Shown piece by piece: positions 1-10,505 of a stretch of DNA of 64,000 nucleotides. Numbering within the stretch: position 1 is the first letter of the stretch; the number at the start of each line of letters is the position of its first letter. A model generated the notes under the pieces. That model did no database searches. It was not told the DNA's origin and saw nothing but the letters and a program-made list of their open reading frames with translations. Made by a program: the position numbers and the translations under genes. The stretch is from positions 372,001 to 436,000 of the forward strand of contig DATMBG010000051.1 of the NCBI GenBank assembly GCA_035559535.1. Direction: 5' to 3'. The DNA is from Candidatus Limnocylindrales bacterium. GTDB taxonomy: Bacteria > Moduliflexota > Moduliflexia > Moduliflexales > JAUQPW01.

Positions 1-1413
1 GGACTTTCCATTCAAGAAGTGTTTAATGAACTTCAAATCATTGCACGGACTTCAGGAGAAGCCTCCCAAAAAGCAAAAATTCAAACCTTAGCCACTTTGC
101 TTTCCAGATGCTCTCCTCGAGAAGCGAGATATGTGGTTCGAATCGTTTTAGGCACACTGCGCCTCGGAGTTGCTGAGATGACCTTCTTGTATGGATTATC
201 CAAGGCCTTAACCGGTACCAAAGAGAAGAAGGCTATTTTAGAGAATGCCTTTAATGTACTTTCAGATTTGGGAGAAGTTGCCTATCAAGCAGTCCAGAAG
301 GGTGTGGAAGCCCTTCAAGAGGTACAACCGGTCGTTGGTATCCCGATTCGTATGATGCTTGCCCAGCGAGTCGAGGATTTAGAAGAGGTTAAGAAACACA
401 TTCCAGGTAAGGTGTTTGTGGAATATAAATATGATGGGGAGCGTGTTCAAGTCCATATTCCCAGACAGGGAGATATGACCCTGTATTCGAGGCGCCATGA
501 AAAGATTACCCATCAATTTCCGGATATCATAGCAGCCATCCAACAGGCCTTTCCAGGAAAAGAAGCCATTATCGAAGGAGAAGTAGTTTCCATTGATCCC
601 CAAAGCGGCAAGTTACAGAACTTTCAAGTCTTAATGACCCGGCGCAGGAAACATAAGGTTGAAGAATATGTGGAAAAGGTTCCGGTGAAGTATTTTCTCT
701 TCGATATGCTCTACTTCAATGGGAAATCTCTTTTAAAAACCCCTTTATCCCAGCGAAAAGAGATGCTGGCGCGACATTTTTCCAACAAAAACGGTCTGGC
801 ACTTGCCGAGTATATCCTTACCGAAGAGGTCGAAGATATGGAGAATTTCTTTGCAGAAGCCATAGAGCAAGGGGGAGAAGGGGTCGTGCTTAAAGATGCC
901 ACAAGCTTTTACGAAGCCGGAATCCGGGGATGGAAGTGGATCAAGTTCAAAAAGGAGTATAAGAGGGAACTGGCCGATACCTTTGATTTGGTCGTTGTGG
1001 GGGGCATCTACGGTACCGGGCGGAGGGCGGGAACCTACGGTTCCCTACTCGTGGCTGCGTTTGATCCTGAAACCAATAAATACTATTCCTTTACTAAAGT
1101 AGGGGCTGGATTTACAGATCGGGATTTAGCTGCGTTACCTCAGATGTTTGCAAGGTATCAACTCCCTGGGAAATATCGCCTGGTAGAAACTGGGATGGAA
1201 GCAGACGTATGGTTTGAACCGGCCTTGGTGATGGAAGTTACCGGTGCTGAACTGACGATAAGTCCTGTCCACACTGTGGCCAAGGAAAAGTTAAAAAAAG
1301 GAGGACTTGCTCTACGCTTTCCACGGTTTTTGAGATGGCGGGATGATAAAACTCCCGAACAGGCCACTACAGTTCAAGAAATTTACGAAATGTACCTGGG
1401 TCACAAAAGATGA
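1..1413 (+). CDS. lig: ATP-dependent DNA ligase (archaeal/LigB-like), 5'-partial
   Basis: Motif I EYKYDGERVQVH, EGEVV, FDMLY, EGVVLK, WIKFKKEY, OB-fold DLVVVG, motif VI LRFPRFLRWRDDK; the frame is open from base 1. Confidence 0.93.
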   Translation, partial: GLSIQEVFNELQIIARTSGEASQKAKIQTLATLLSRCSPREARYVVRIVLGTLRLGVAEMTFLYGLSKALTGTKEKKAILENAFNVLSDLGEVAYQAVQKGVEALQEVQPVVGIPIRMMLAQRVEDLEEVKKHIPGKVFVEYKYDGERVQVHIPRQGDMTLYSRRHEKITHQFPDIIAAIQQAFPGKEAIIEGEVVSIDPQSGKLQNFQVLMTRRRKHKVEEYVEKVPVKYFLFDMLYFNGKSLLKTPLSQRKEMLARHFSNKNGLALAEYILTEEVEDMENFFAEAIEQGGEGVVLKDATSFYEAGIRGWKWIKFKKEYKRELADTFDLVVVGGIYGTGRRAGTYGSLLVAAFDPETNKYYSFTKVGAGFTDRDLAALPQMFARYQLPGKYRLVETGMEADVWFEPALVMEVTGAELTISPVHTVAKEKLKKGGLALRFPRFLRWRDDKTPEQATTVQEIYEMYLGHKR

Positions 1414-2162
1414 AATAGACCTTCATCTCAAAGCAAGGTCCCTATCCTCGCTGATAATTCCAGGATATTGGCCTTCTCGATACCCGGTTTTTCACTCTGG
1501 TCAGCAAGGCAGTTCGATTAAGACCGGATAACTTAGCGGCCTTAGAAGGTCCATCAATACCCCATTTTGTTTTTTCCAAGAAGAGTTTTCCTTAATCGGT
1601 TTTTCCATCCTCGTTCTGAGAGTCCTCCCGCACAGGTGACGCTTCATCTGATCCCGGGCTTTCGGAGATCAGAATCTTACAAATTTCTTTAAATCTTTGC
1701 AGGATACTGTCTTTAAATTTTTCTTGCCAAGGCCCAGAAAACGTTAGACGGTTTGATCCCATGGGAACCCGGCGCCGCCGGGTTCCTACAGTTGTTTTTT
1801 ACCCCCAGGAGGGATCTGGACCGGTAAACCCCTGTCTGGCTCACTTCCAACTCATTTGCATACGCTTCAAAGCTCAGTGTACTGATTCTCCACCAAAGGT
1901 CGATCCCGTTGAGGAAAAGCAGGATTATCGACCAACCTGTTATACCTGTCATACCTGTCATACCCGGTATTCTGAGGGGGGACCATCGAACTCTTTTCTT
2001 TTTCATTGACATCTGCCTATAAGACTGCGAAACTGTCTTTTGGTGATAAGGGGAAGGAAAAATTCAGAGGATGTTTTATAAAATCCTTGGAAAGAGGTCT
2101 TTAGTCAGATGAAAGGTTGGAAAAATTACTTTTTCAATAAATCTAACAGACGGGAGGTAAAG

Positions 2163-3296
2163 ATGCAGCGGATTCTGGTTTTTGTTTTCACGGCTATTTT
2201 CCTAAGCTTACTTTTTACTCAACCTGCCATGGCCGCAGAGACGGTTAAGTTAGGACTGGCAGGTCCTCTCACAGGAGATCAAGGAGTCTTCGGTGAGCTG
2301 TTGAAGATTGGAGCGGTCATTGCCATGGAAGAATGGAATGAGAAAGGGGGGGTTCTTGGAAAAAAGGTTGAATTCATCTGGGGGGATGACCAACATGACC
2401 CAAAGCAGGCGGTATCTGTAGCCAACAAGTTTGTTAATGAGGGCGTCGTCGGAGTTGTAGGCCATTTCAATTCCAGTTGTTCTATTCCGGTGTCAACGAT
2501 TTATGCCCGATTCGATATTCCCCAAATTACCCCCGCTTCCATCAATTCAGAATTTACCGACCGTGGCTTAAAAAACGTATTCCGAACCTGTGGGCGTGAT
2601 GATCAGCAAGCAATCGTTGCGGCAGATTTTATCGTAAATACCTTGAAGAAAACGAAAATAGCAGTTTTTCACGATAAGACCACTTACGGTCAGGGGTTGG
2701 CCGATAAAGTTGTTGGAGAGTTAAAGAAACTGGGGGTTGAACCGGTCTTCTACACCGGGGTTGTGCAGGGGGATAAAGATTATACCGCCGTTTTAACTGC
2801 TGCCAAACAGAAAGGCCCGGAGATTCTTTATTTTGGGGGAATTCATCCTGAAGCTATTTTGCTGGCCAGACAATCCAGGGAGTTAGGCTTGAATGCCGTC
2901 ATGTTCAACGGATCCGGCACCTTTACCCAAGAGTTTATCGAGGGGGCAGGTCCGGCAGCCGAGGGATCTTATATTACGTTTTACCCGGACCCAGAAAAGA
3001 TTGAAGCAGCCCAACCCTTCATCAAAAAGCTTAAAGAGAAATTCCCTCAGGCAAGAGAAATAAGTGCGTTTACCATTAATAGCTATGTGGCCGCAAATAT
3101 TCTCCTGGAAGCTATCCAGGCAACGGGAAGTACCGATGGAAAGAAATTATCAGACTTTATCCATAAAACCCGATTTAACACAGCCGCAGGATCTATTCAG
3201 TTTGATGAAAAAGGCGACCTGGTAGAAGCCCCCTTTGTGGTCTGGCAGGTTCAGAACGGAAAATTTGTGCAGATTCAGGAATTCAGGAAAAAGTGA
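2163..3296 (+). CDS. livK: Branched-chain amino acid ABC transporter substrate-binding protein (LivJ/LivK family)
   Basis: Signal peptide ending AMA-AE; GPLTG, DDQHDPKQAV, GHFNSSCSIP, FRTCGRDDQQ, HDKTTYGQGLA; GGAGGT RBS before ATG 2163. Confidence 0.88.
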   Translation: MQRILVFVFTAIFLSLLFTQPAMAAETVKLGLAGPLTGDQGVFGELLKIGAVIAMEEWNEKGGVLGKKVEFIWGDDQHDPKQAVSVANKFVNEGVVGVVGHFNSSCSIPVSTIYARFDIPQITPASINSEFTDRGLKNVFRTCGRDDQQAIVAADFIVNTLKKTKIAVFHDKTTYGQGLADKVVGELKKLGVEPVFYTGVVQGDKDYTAVLTAAKQKGPEILYFGGIHPEAILLARQSRELGLNAVMFNGSGTFTQEFIEGAGPAAEGSYITFYPDPEKIEAAQPFIKKLKEKFPQAREISAFTINSYVAANILLEAIQATGSTDGKKLSDFIHKTRFNTAAGSIQFDEKGDLVEAPFVVWQVQNGKFVQIQEFRKK

Positions 3297-3321
3297 ATCC
3301 TGGAAATGGATCGGAATCCGG

Positions 3322-3543
3322 TCAAACCCTCTTAGCAAGACCCTCGCGTTCATCCTGAATATCCCAACCTTCTGCTTTCTTCTCTTGGATGAACCGATTC
3401 ATTTTCTCTCTGGCACTTTTTTTCGGTTCTGAACTGAAATCTACGATAAGTTCTTGATGTCCGGTTTCGGTTACTCGATAGGCCCGGTAATCGGTGGGTA
3501 TGTAAAGTTTAGGCTTCATAGGTTTATTTCTTACCTTACCCAC
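3322..3543 (-). CDS. Small hypothetical protein
   Basis: Protein-like 65-73 aa ORF filling the gap between two genes; no recognisable motif. Confidence 0.45.
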   Translation of the reverse strand: MGKVRNKPMKPKLYIPTDYRAYRVTETGHQELIVDFSSEPKKSAREKMNRFIQEKKAEGWDIQDEREGLAKRV

Positions 3544-3608
3544 ATCTCTTTATTACGTCAAGTAAGTATCGTTTTTTAAACCAAGGCTAAAAAGGGAGGA
3601 CATCCTCC

Positions 3609-4344
3609 ATGACCGATCAGAAATTTATAACCCCTAAATTGAATATCCTTATCATAGATGACGATCCGAACAGTTGGGAGATCCTGATGGCTTGTTTGGA
3701 AGGGCCGGGTTACCTGATTGTTGAAGTTGACAACCCACAGGATGCTCTCATGGAGGCTTCCAGGAGACCCTTCGATCTGGCCTTTGTAGATCTGCGGTTG
3801 GGGACGAAGACCGGACTTGACTTTATCCCGAGGCTTTTGGCGGGAAGTCCCTGGATCAAAATCGTAGTCATCACTGCCTATGCCTCGGTAGATACGGCGG
3901 TTAAAGCGATGAAACGAGGAGCCGTAGACTACTTGTCGAAACCCTTTAACCCTTCCCAGGTAAGTCTTATGACGAAAAGGCTGGCGGAGATCCGGGCGCT
4001 GGAGCAAAAAGTAGCGGTGCTACAAGAAGCTCTTGGGCAGGCAAGCCTTGAAACCGAGTTGATCAGTTTCAATCCGACCATGCAGCGAGGACCAGTTCTC
4101 GCCCGGCAGATTGCGCAGAGCCATGTAACGATCCTTATTCAAGGAGAAAGTGGAACCGATAAGGGAGTACCGGCCCGGGCCATCCATGCCTGGAGCCCTC
4201 GAGCTACCAAATCCTTCTCTGTCGTATCCAGTGTATCCCTCTCCGCGGAACCCCTGGAGAGCAGCTCTTTGGACAGGTAATCGGTATGTACTGGCAACCA
4301 CCCCATCGCTGGAAGAGGCTGCCCAGATCCTGGGGATAGAGCAG
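3609..4344 (+). pseudogene. Decayed sigma54-dependent response regulator (NtrC/AlgB-like)
   Basis: Intact REC domain (IIDDD, DLRL, TAY, KPF); Walker A altered to GESGTDKG; stop at 4280 where LLESELFG would be; Fis-type HTH remnant RYVLATTPSLEEAAQILGI in another frame at 4279-4344. Confidence 0.8.
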
Positions 4345-4764
4345 AACTCGATCCACAACTCGCCGTGGCCTATTGGGGAATCGCATACGCCCTTGGCCCT
4401 AATATTAATGCAGACACATAACTCCGAATGGAGGACCTGTAGGGGGGATTCAGAGCGATCTGAGGGAGGAGCGGACAGTTCGTGCCCCTACTGTGTTATT
4501 CGTAGGGCCTACTGAATTACCTGTAGAAATCGCATGTAGAAGCAAAGTTTGAGTCGGCAAGCAGATGAGCCCCCAGGCGGGGCTGGCTACCTAGGGGGAA
4601 GAAAAAGAAACTTTAACTGTCCCTCCTGTAGACCGATGATGGCACACTAGCTAGTTAACCTGGATCATTTCTAATTCTTAAAATTCTTTAAGAAAAACTA
4701 TTTGATGGAATAAGCCTTTTATCTCATCAGATGACTCTTCAAGATTTACACTAGGAGATTTTCC

Positions 4765-4854
4765 ATGAAACGATTCAGTTTCTTGGAGGTTGTTTGGCTG
4801 GCTATCGTTGGCCTGTTTCCTTCCGCCTTGCGCACTGAGATCCTGCCTCCTTGA
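4765..4854 (+). CDS. 29-aa ORF with signal-peptide-like sequence (small protein or gene remnant)
   Basis: AGGAG RBS; MKRFSFLEVVWLAIVGLFPSALRTEILPP*. Confidence 0.3.
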   Translation: MKRFSFLEVVWLAIVGLFPSALRTEILPP

Positions 4855-4971
4855 ACTACGAGACGAAGCCGGAACAGACTCTCCGGCGAGAAGGCATCAC
4901 CATTATCGATGTCGATCTAGAATCCTAAAACTTCGGGAAGATTCTCGTCGATATTTCCCTTCCTCCCAATC

Positions 4972-5132
4972 TAGTGCTTTGTTACTTTAATTTTGCTTAA
5001 TGTTTAAGTGACCCTCACCCCCGGCCCCTCTCCCACGCTGCGGAAGAGGGGAGCTGGGGAGTGAAAGCAGCCCTATGAGGTCAAAATTAAGGTAACAGTA
5101 TAGTAAGAACAGGTTTGAAACCCGTCCCTACT
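4972..5132. mobile_element. MITE-like element with 16-bp TIRs and an internal CCCTCTCCC/GAGGGGAG hairpin, followed by a half REP
   Basis: TGTTACTTTAATTTTG (4980-4995) vs CAAAATTAAGGTAACA (5082-5097), 15/16 inverted match; ~40-bp core recurs at 56237-56276. Confidence 0.6.
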
Positions 5133-5214
5133 ACCTTCTACCTGAGTTACCCTATAGAGACAACCTTCCTCATCCCTATCGGCTTACCATGGACAACAAA
5201 ACTAACGAAGTGGC

Positions 5215-6750
5215 TTATCGGGTCCAGGCAAACCATTTTGTGAATAGTTTCTTAATCCGGGGGGTCAACAAAGTGCGTCGATAAGCATCTGCCACCTGTT
5301 TAATGGCTTCGGCCTGGGTGGGATAAGGATGGATTACCTCTGCCAAAGTTCTTAAACCTATACTCCCTACCATCGCTGTGGTGATCTCGCTGATTATCTC
5401 TCCTGCATGACGGGCTACAATGGTAGCACCCACAATTTTATCGGTCCCCTTCTTCACGTGAATCTTGACAAACCCTTCCTCGTCTCCATCAATAAGGGCC
5501 CGATCTACCTCACCCATGGACCTTACGAAAGTATTCACTTCTATCCCCTTTTCTCGAGCATCCTTTTCAGACATCCCGACATGGGCGATTTCCGGGTCGG
5601 TGTAAGTACACCAGGGAACAGTCAGAGCACTCAATTTCTTACGCCCCAGGAAGAGGGCATTCTGGATCACAATTCTTGCTGCAGCATCGGCAGTATGGGT
5701 AAATTTATATTTTAAACAGATATCACCAGCGGCATAGATACGAGGGTTGGTGGTCTGTAAGTAATCATTCACCACTACCCCATTTTTCTTGTCATACTCT
5801 ACTCCTACAACTTCAAGATTTAGACCCTCCACATTGGGAGCACGTCCGACCCCGAGCAAAATTTCATCCACGGAGATAACGTCCTCGTTATTTCCGTTCT
5901 GTAAGTAAGCCAGCTTCTCTTTACCGGACATGGTAACTCGCTTGACGGTCGTATTTAATCGGATATCGATTCCCTCTCGTCGGAGTACCTCTGTAAGAAT
6001 TTTGGCAGCGTCCGGGTCCTCCATGATCAGGAGTTGCGGCGCTATCTCAACAAGGATTACTTCACAACCTAATCGGCAGAAAGCCTGTGCCAGCTCACAA
6101 CCTATGGGACCTCCACCAATGACAAGCAGGCGTCTTGGACGTTCGGTCAGGAAGAAAACCGTTTCATTGGTCAGGCAACCGACTTCTGCCAGTCCGGGGA
6201 TAGGAAGATGAACAGCCCGTGCCCCGGTAGCCAGAACGGCTTTTTTAAAGCGAAGGGTTTTCCCTGCAACCTGTAGGGTGTCAGGACCTGTAAACCGACC
6301 CTCTCCCAGGAATACATCTACACCCAGTTCTTGAAATCTTTTGGCTGAATCATGATAACTAATCCTTGCTCGTAGTTTTCTTAATCTTTCCATAACGGCA
6401 GGAAAATCTACTTCTCCGCCTCCCGGAACATTCACACCGAACTGACGGGCGTTGCGAACCTCTGCAGCAGCACGAGACGATCGAATTAAGCACTTCGAAG
6501 GTACACACCCTACGTTTAAACAATCGCCACCTAGAAGGTGTTTTTCAATTAAGGCCACCTTGGCACCTAACCCGGCCGCTCCTGCAGCGGTCACCAATCC
6601 CGCCGTACCGGCTCCTATTACAACCAGATTATAACAGGGAGCCGGTTCAGGATTTTTCCAATCCGGTGGATAAACATTGGAAAGAAGAATCTGATTATAT
6701 TTATCATCCGGTAGCACCTTTGCGGACAGTACCTTTGACATGGGGTTCAT
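5215..6750 (-). CDS. MerA/dihydrolipoamide-dehydrogenase-like pyridine nucleotide-disulfide oxidoreductase
   Basis: GAGTAG FAD motif, GGDCLNVGCVPSK redox disulfide, GGGPIGCE, HPYPTQAE; no C-terminal Cys-Cys. Confidence 0.88.
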   Translation of the reverse strand: MNPMSKVLSAKVLPDDKYNQILLSNVYPPDWKNPEPAPCYNLVVIGAGTAGLVTAAGAAGLGAKVALIEKHLLGGDCLNVGCVPSKCLIRSSRAAAEVRNARQFGVNVPGGGEVDFPAVMERLRKLRARISYHDSAKRFQELGVDVFLGEGRFTGPDTLQVAGKTLRFKKAVLATGARAVHLPIPGLAEVGCLTNETVFFLTERPRRLLVIGGGPIGCELAQAFCRLGCEVILVEIAPQLLIMEDPDAAKILTEVLRREGIDIRLNTTVKRVTMSGKEKLAYLQNGNNEDVISVDEILLGVGRAPNVEGLNLEVVGVEYDKKNGVVVNDYLQTTNPRIYAAGDICLKYKFTHTADAAARIVIQNALFLGRKKLSALTVPWCTYTDPEIAHVGMSEKDAREKGIEVNTFVRSMGEVDRALIDGDEEGFVKIHVKKGTDKIVGATIVARHAGEIISEITTAMVGSIGLRTLAEVIHPYPTQAEAIKQVADAYRRTLLTPRIKKLFTKWFAWTR

Positions 6751-6768
6751 AAAAGTGTTCCTCCTTGA

Positions 6769-7461
6769 TTAGTTTTCTTTGAACTTTTTGACAAGCTTAG
6801 GAATAAAGAACGAGAAAACAAACAAAACCAGGGAAAACAAAACTTTCACGGAGAGTAACTGACTCCAATCTCCACTGGCTAAGACTTCTTTAAGGGTTCC
6901 TACGAAGAAGGTAAAAATAAAGGTACCTACCAGAATTCCTAAGGCGGTACCGAAAAAATAATCTAAAAACCGGACCCGGGTAAGTCCCATACCGAAGTTT
7001 AAAGGGGTAAAAGGAAAGTAGATCAAGCGGAGATAAAGTACAGTAGCAAATCCATTGCGAGCGATGGCATCATCATACTTTTTGAGCCTGTCGCCGATGA
7101 GAGAAGCGGCAAAATCTCTACCCAGCGTACGTCCAATAAAAAAGGCAACGCTGGAGCCGGCCATCGCCCCAAGCCAGACATAGAGAAAACCCCAGTAGGG
7201 TCCAAAAATAGCAGCTCCTAAAGCAGTCAGTACGGTACCCGGTACAAATAAACAAACTCCAACGGTATAAATCACTATATAAATCAAAGGGGCCCAGATG
7301 CCCGCGGATTCTAAAGAACGACCTAGAACCTCAGGGGTAAAAAATTCCTTAACCGGGGTAAACCGAACTAGGTAAATGGCTCCCACGATAAAAACTATGA
7401 AAATGGAAGCCTTAATGGCAGCCCCTTTGCGACTCGATGACGGTTGCACAACACCTTCCAT
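6769..7461 (-). CDS. TVP38/TMEM64 (DedA/VTT) family membrane protein
   Basis: FVPGTVLTALGAAIFG, GRTLGRDF, LRLIYFPFTPLNFGMGLT pattern; several TM segments. Confidence 0.88.
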   Translation of the reverse strand: MEGVVQPSSSRKGAAIKASIFIVFIVGAIYLVRFTPVKEFFTPEVLGRSLESAGIWAPLIYIVIYTVGVCLFVPGTVLTALGAAIFGPYWGFLYVWLGAMAGSSVAFFIGRTLGRDFAASLIGDRLKKYDDAIARNGFATVLYLRLIYFPFTPLNFGMGLTRVRFLDYFFGTALGILVGTFIFTFFVGTLKEVLASGDWSQLLSVKVLFSLVLFVFSFFIPKLVKKFKEN

Positions 7462-7835
7462 AATTTTATTCCTCCCTTTTTATAGGTCCAGGATATACCT
7501 TAAAACTAGTATTATAAATACTTGATTTAACCTGTTTGGTGAACGGTCGTCCCATGCAAGAAATCCTTACATAAAATTTTGACAGTCATATAGTTTTAGT
7601 CATGGTCCATCTCCCCGTTTATCAACTAAAAAGGTACTTCCCCCTGAAGGACTATAAAATCATTTGCTTTTTATAAATCCTGTGGACTCTTTTAACCTCG
7701 GAGTTGGTAATATAAAAAGGAGAGGATCCTGTAAGGATTTTTACCTGTCAACCGACTGTTTATTAAACAGTTTAGGAAAATGATTTAAAAACCAGCATAA
7801 ACCTTTTAACCGATTACGTCAAGCGAGGAAAATCT

Positions 7836-8801
7836 ATGCTCATCAAAATTAAAACCAATTTGGATATTCCTTCTTCGGAAATTACCGATAAAAAACTCTA
7901 TCTTAACCGGCGTGAGTTCATCCGGGCTGCCTCTATGGCTGCGGTGACAGCAGCTTCCGGATCTTTAGGTCCGGATCTGTTGAGGCCCGACACGGTCCAG
8001 GCAGGGGAAAAGTTAGAGGAGGTAGTTAAAGGGCCTTACAGCACCGATGAAAAACCCACTTCCTATACAGCTATCACCACCTATAATAACTTTTACGAGT
8101 TTGGGACCGATAAGGAATCCCCGGCCGAAATAGCCCCGAAAACCCTCAAACCTCGCCCCTGGTCGGTTGCAGTAGAAGGTGAGATAAACAAACCGGCTGT
8201 TTATCATCTAGAAGATTTGATTCCTAAGACCCTGGAAGAACGTATTTACCGACATCGTTGTGTTGAGGCCTGGTCGATGGTGATTCCCTGGGTAGGGTTT
8301 CCGCTGGCGGATTTGATCAAACGCTTTGAACCGACCTCCAAAGCCAAATTTGTTGAATTTACCACCCTGTATGATCCAGAACAGATGCCCGGACAGAAAC
8401 GGGCTATACTTAAATGGCCCTATGTGGAAGGATTACGCATGGATGAGGCCATGAATCCCCTGACAATCCTGGCCGTTGGGTTGTATGGAGAGGTTTTACC
8501 TAACCAGAATGGGGCCCCGCTTCGGCTGGTGGTACCCTGGAAGTATGGGTTCAAGAGTATTAAGTCCATTGTTAAGATACGTTTTGTGGAAGAACAGCCC
8601 ATGAATACCTGGGCCCTGGCCGCTCCAGATGAGTATGGCTTTTATGCCAATGTAAACCCAGAAGTAGATCATCCCCGTTGGAGCCAGGCCCGGGAACGGC
8701 GTGTGGGAGAATTTTTCAAGCGCAAAACCCTTATGTTTAATGGCTATGCAGAACAGGTTGCGCATATGTACGCCAATATGGATTTAAGAACCTATTTTTA
8801 A
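7836..8801 (+). CDS. msrP: Protein-methionine-sulfoxide reductase catalytic subunit MsrP
   Basis: Tat motif [56 protein letters not shown]. Confidence 0.96.
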   Translation: MLIKIKTNLDIPSSEITDKKLYLNRREFIRAASMAAVTAASGSLGPDLLRPDTVQAGEKLEEVVKGPYSTDEKPTSYTAITTYNNFYEFGTDKESPAEIAPKTLKPRPWSVAVEGEINKPAVYHLEDLIPKTLEERIYRHRCVEAWSMVIPWVGFPLADLIKRFEPTSKAKFVEFTTLYDPEQMPGQKRAILKWPYVEGLRMDEAMNPLTILAVGLYGEVLPNQNGAPLRLVVPWKYGFKSIKSIVKIRFVEEQPMNTWALAAPDEYGFYANVNPEVDHPRWSQARERRVGEFFKRKTLMFNGYAEQVAHMYANMDLRTYF

Positions 8802-8833
8802 GATCCAGAAGGAGGACTTAATTTAATCCCATT

Positions 8834-9098
8834 TCACCCCTCTTTCCTGAAGTTTCAGGAAAGGGGAAGTGGGCTTTCTGAGGCAGGTCTGAGGTAGGTG
8901 TTTTATGGGAGTGCTCATTGGTAAGCGTTCCCATCTTATCTCCTTCCCGTTTCCCGGGGGAGGGAACTTCGGAGTAAAGCCCCCCTTCCCCTATTACAGG
9001 AAGGAAGAGTCAGGGAAAGAGGCTTATTTATAAGCACTCTCCAGGGGAAGGTAAGCAAGAGGGGGAAAGCCCATGAAAATTAAGGTAACAGGGTACTA
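8834..9098. repeat. Composite palindromic (MITE/REP-like) insertion between msrP and msrQ
   Basis: Several C-rich/G-rich hairpins (TCCTGAAGTTTCAGGA, as at 11236); right end AAAATTAAGGTAACAG identical to 5083-5098. Confidence 0.55.
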
Positions 9099-9126
9099 CA
9101 GACAATGGATGAGGGAGAAAGGACTA

Positions 9127-9789
9127 ATGACCCGGAATCGGTGGATACAGTATGTGGTGAAGCCTATGGTCTTTGCTGCTTGCCTGATTCCTTTGGTTAT
9201 ATTGATCATCAAGGCCCTGACCGGTCATCTTGGTGCTAACCCTATTGAAGCAACTACCCGAAGTATGGGAGATTGGGCCTTGAGATTCTTATTAATCACC
9301 CTGGCCGTGACCCCGCTGAAGCATCTTTTAAAGTGGGACTGGCTGATTCGATTTCGGCGTATGCTGGGGTTATTCGCTTTTTTCTACGCCTGCCTGCATT
9401 TCTTGAGCTATGCAGGACTCGATCAGTTCTTTGCCCTGGATGAAATTACCAAAGATGTGATTAAGCGCCCTTTCATTACCGTGGGTTTTACCAGTTTTCT
9501 CCTCCTGATCCCCCTGGCCGTTACCTCCACCAATAAAATGATCAAACGCCTTGGAAAGCGATGGCAATCCCTCCACCGATTGATTTATCTCATCGGTATG
9601 GGTGGGGTGATCCACTATTTCCAGTTGGTTAAAGCAGATACGCGAAATCCTACAATTTACGCCATTATACTGGCGATACTTTTGAGTTATCGTTTATGGG
9701 CGAAGTGGATTCAGAATAAAGGAGCAGGATATAGATATGACCGGCTAAAAATTGGCAACCTGCCAAGATCCTCGTCTAAACAACCCTAA
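9127..9789 (+). CDS. msrQ: Heme-binding membrane subunit MsrQ
   Basis: LGANPIE, GDWALRFL, RRMLGL, YACLH, KRPFITVG, WQSLHRLIY; follows msrP. Confidence 0.94.
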   Translation: MTRNRWIQYVVKPMVFAACLIPLVILIIKALTGHLGANPIEATTRSMGDWALRFLLITLAVTPLKHLLKWDWLIRFRRMLGLFAFFYACLHFLSYAGLDQFFALDEITKDVIKRPFITVGFTSFLLLIPLAVTSTNKMIKRLGKRWQSLHRLIYLIGMGGVIHYFQLVKADTRNPTIYAIILAILLSYRLWAKWIQNKGAGYRYDRLKIGNLPRSSSKQP

Positions 9790-10030
9790 ACCCCACCATG
9801 GCATGCTTTAGAGACTCCAAAGAGATAAAAAAGGAGAGACAAAATTCGTCACTTTTCCTTGTCATAACATCTATCTAAGTTCTTACCTTTTCAAACCGGA
9901 TACCCTTTCACCGGAAAATATTACCTAAAGAAAATAACAGTAATTTAAAGGCTTAAGCCCTATAGAAGCAGTCTATTTATAACTATGACATTCTAAACTT
10001 CTCCGCGCCCCGTAAGAACTCCCCGTCTGA

Positions 10031-10206
10031 TACTTTGTTTACTTAGTTTTGTGTAACTTTTAAACCGCTCCTCCCCCCCTAGCCCCCCAGTTCCCCCTCT
10101 GTAGGAGCGGGAGGCCTCCCGCCCCTACTGGGGGACAGGGGGTGAGGGGAGAGGGGGTTGGGGTGAGGGCCACTTAAATGTTAAACAAAACTAAGTAAAC
10201 AATGTA
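10031..10206. mobile_element. 176-bp MITE-like element with 22-bp TIRs enclosing nested hairpins and a GTAG-type REP
   Basis: TACTTTGTTTACTTAGTTTTGT (10031-10052) vs ACAAAACTAAGTAAACAATGTA (10185-10206), 21/22; central GTAGGAGCGGGAGGCCTCCCGCCCCTAC. Confidence 0.72.
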
Positions 10207-10505
10207 CTCATACATTGCAGTGTTCTAATACTAAATAAATAGGTCACATAACCTGCAGGGCGATCCCCCAGGATCACCCTTTAACAGGGCGGCTTTCCGG
10301 AGTTGTTCCTGGCGGTCATACCGGATTTTAACAGGAATAGGAATTAGCATATATATTGCATGCCCCTTTTATCAAGGATATCCATTTTCCCGAGGAACGA
10401 TATAAAAGGTAAATAACTCCTGGTTTCTTGCAAGAACACCTTAAAACTTAGGATCATCTCGACAGGTTATTCGATCTGTTACGCCGAAGAAAGGAGTCCG
10501 TACTT

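Noticed and set aside
1761-2009. ORF with CxxCH (CYTCHTCH) as a cytochrome c
   Set aside because: The motif is produced by the 9-bp DNA repeat; no signal peptide or RBS
4150-4515. Independent 121-aa gene
   Set aside because: Alternative frame of the regulator pseudogene; only the HTH remnant is meaningful
5215-6750. True mercuric reductase merA
   Set aside because: No C-terminal Cys-Cys, no NmerA domain, no mer genes
9073-9126. N-terminal extension of MsrQ
   Set aside because: Begins inside the repeat-element end; ATG 9127 fits better
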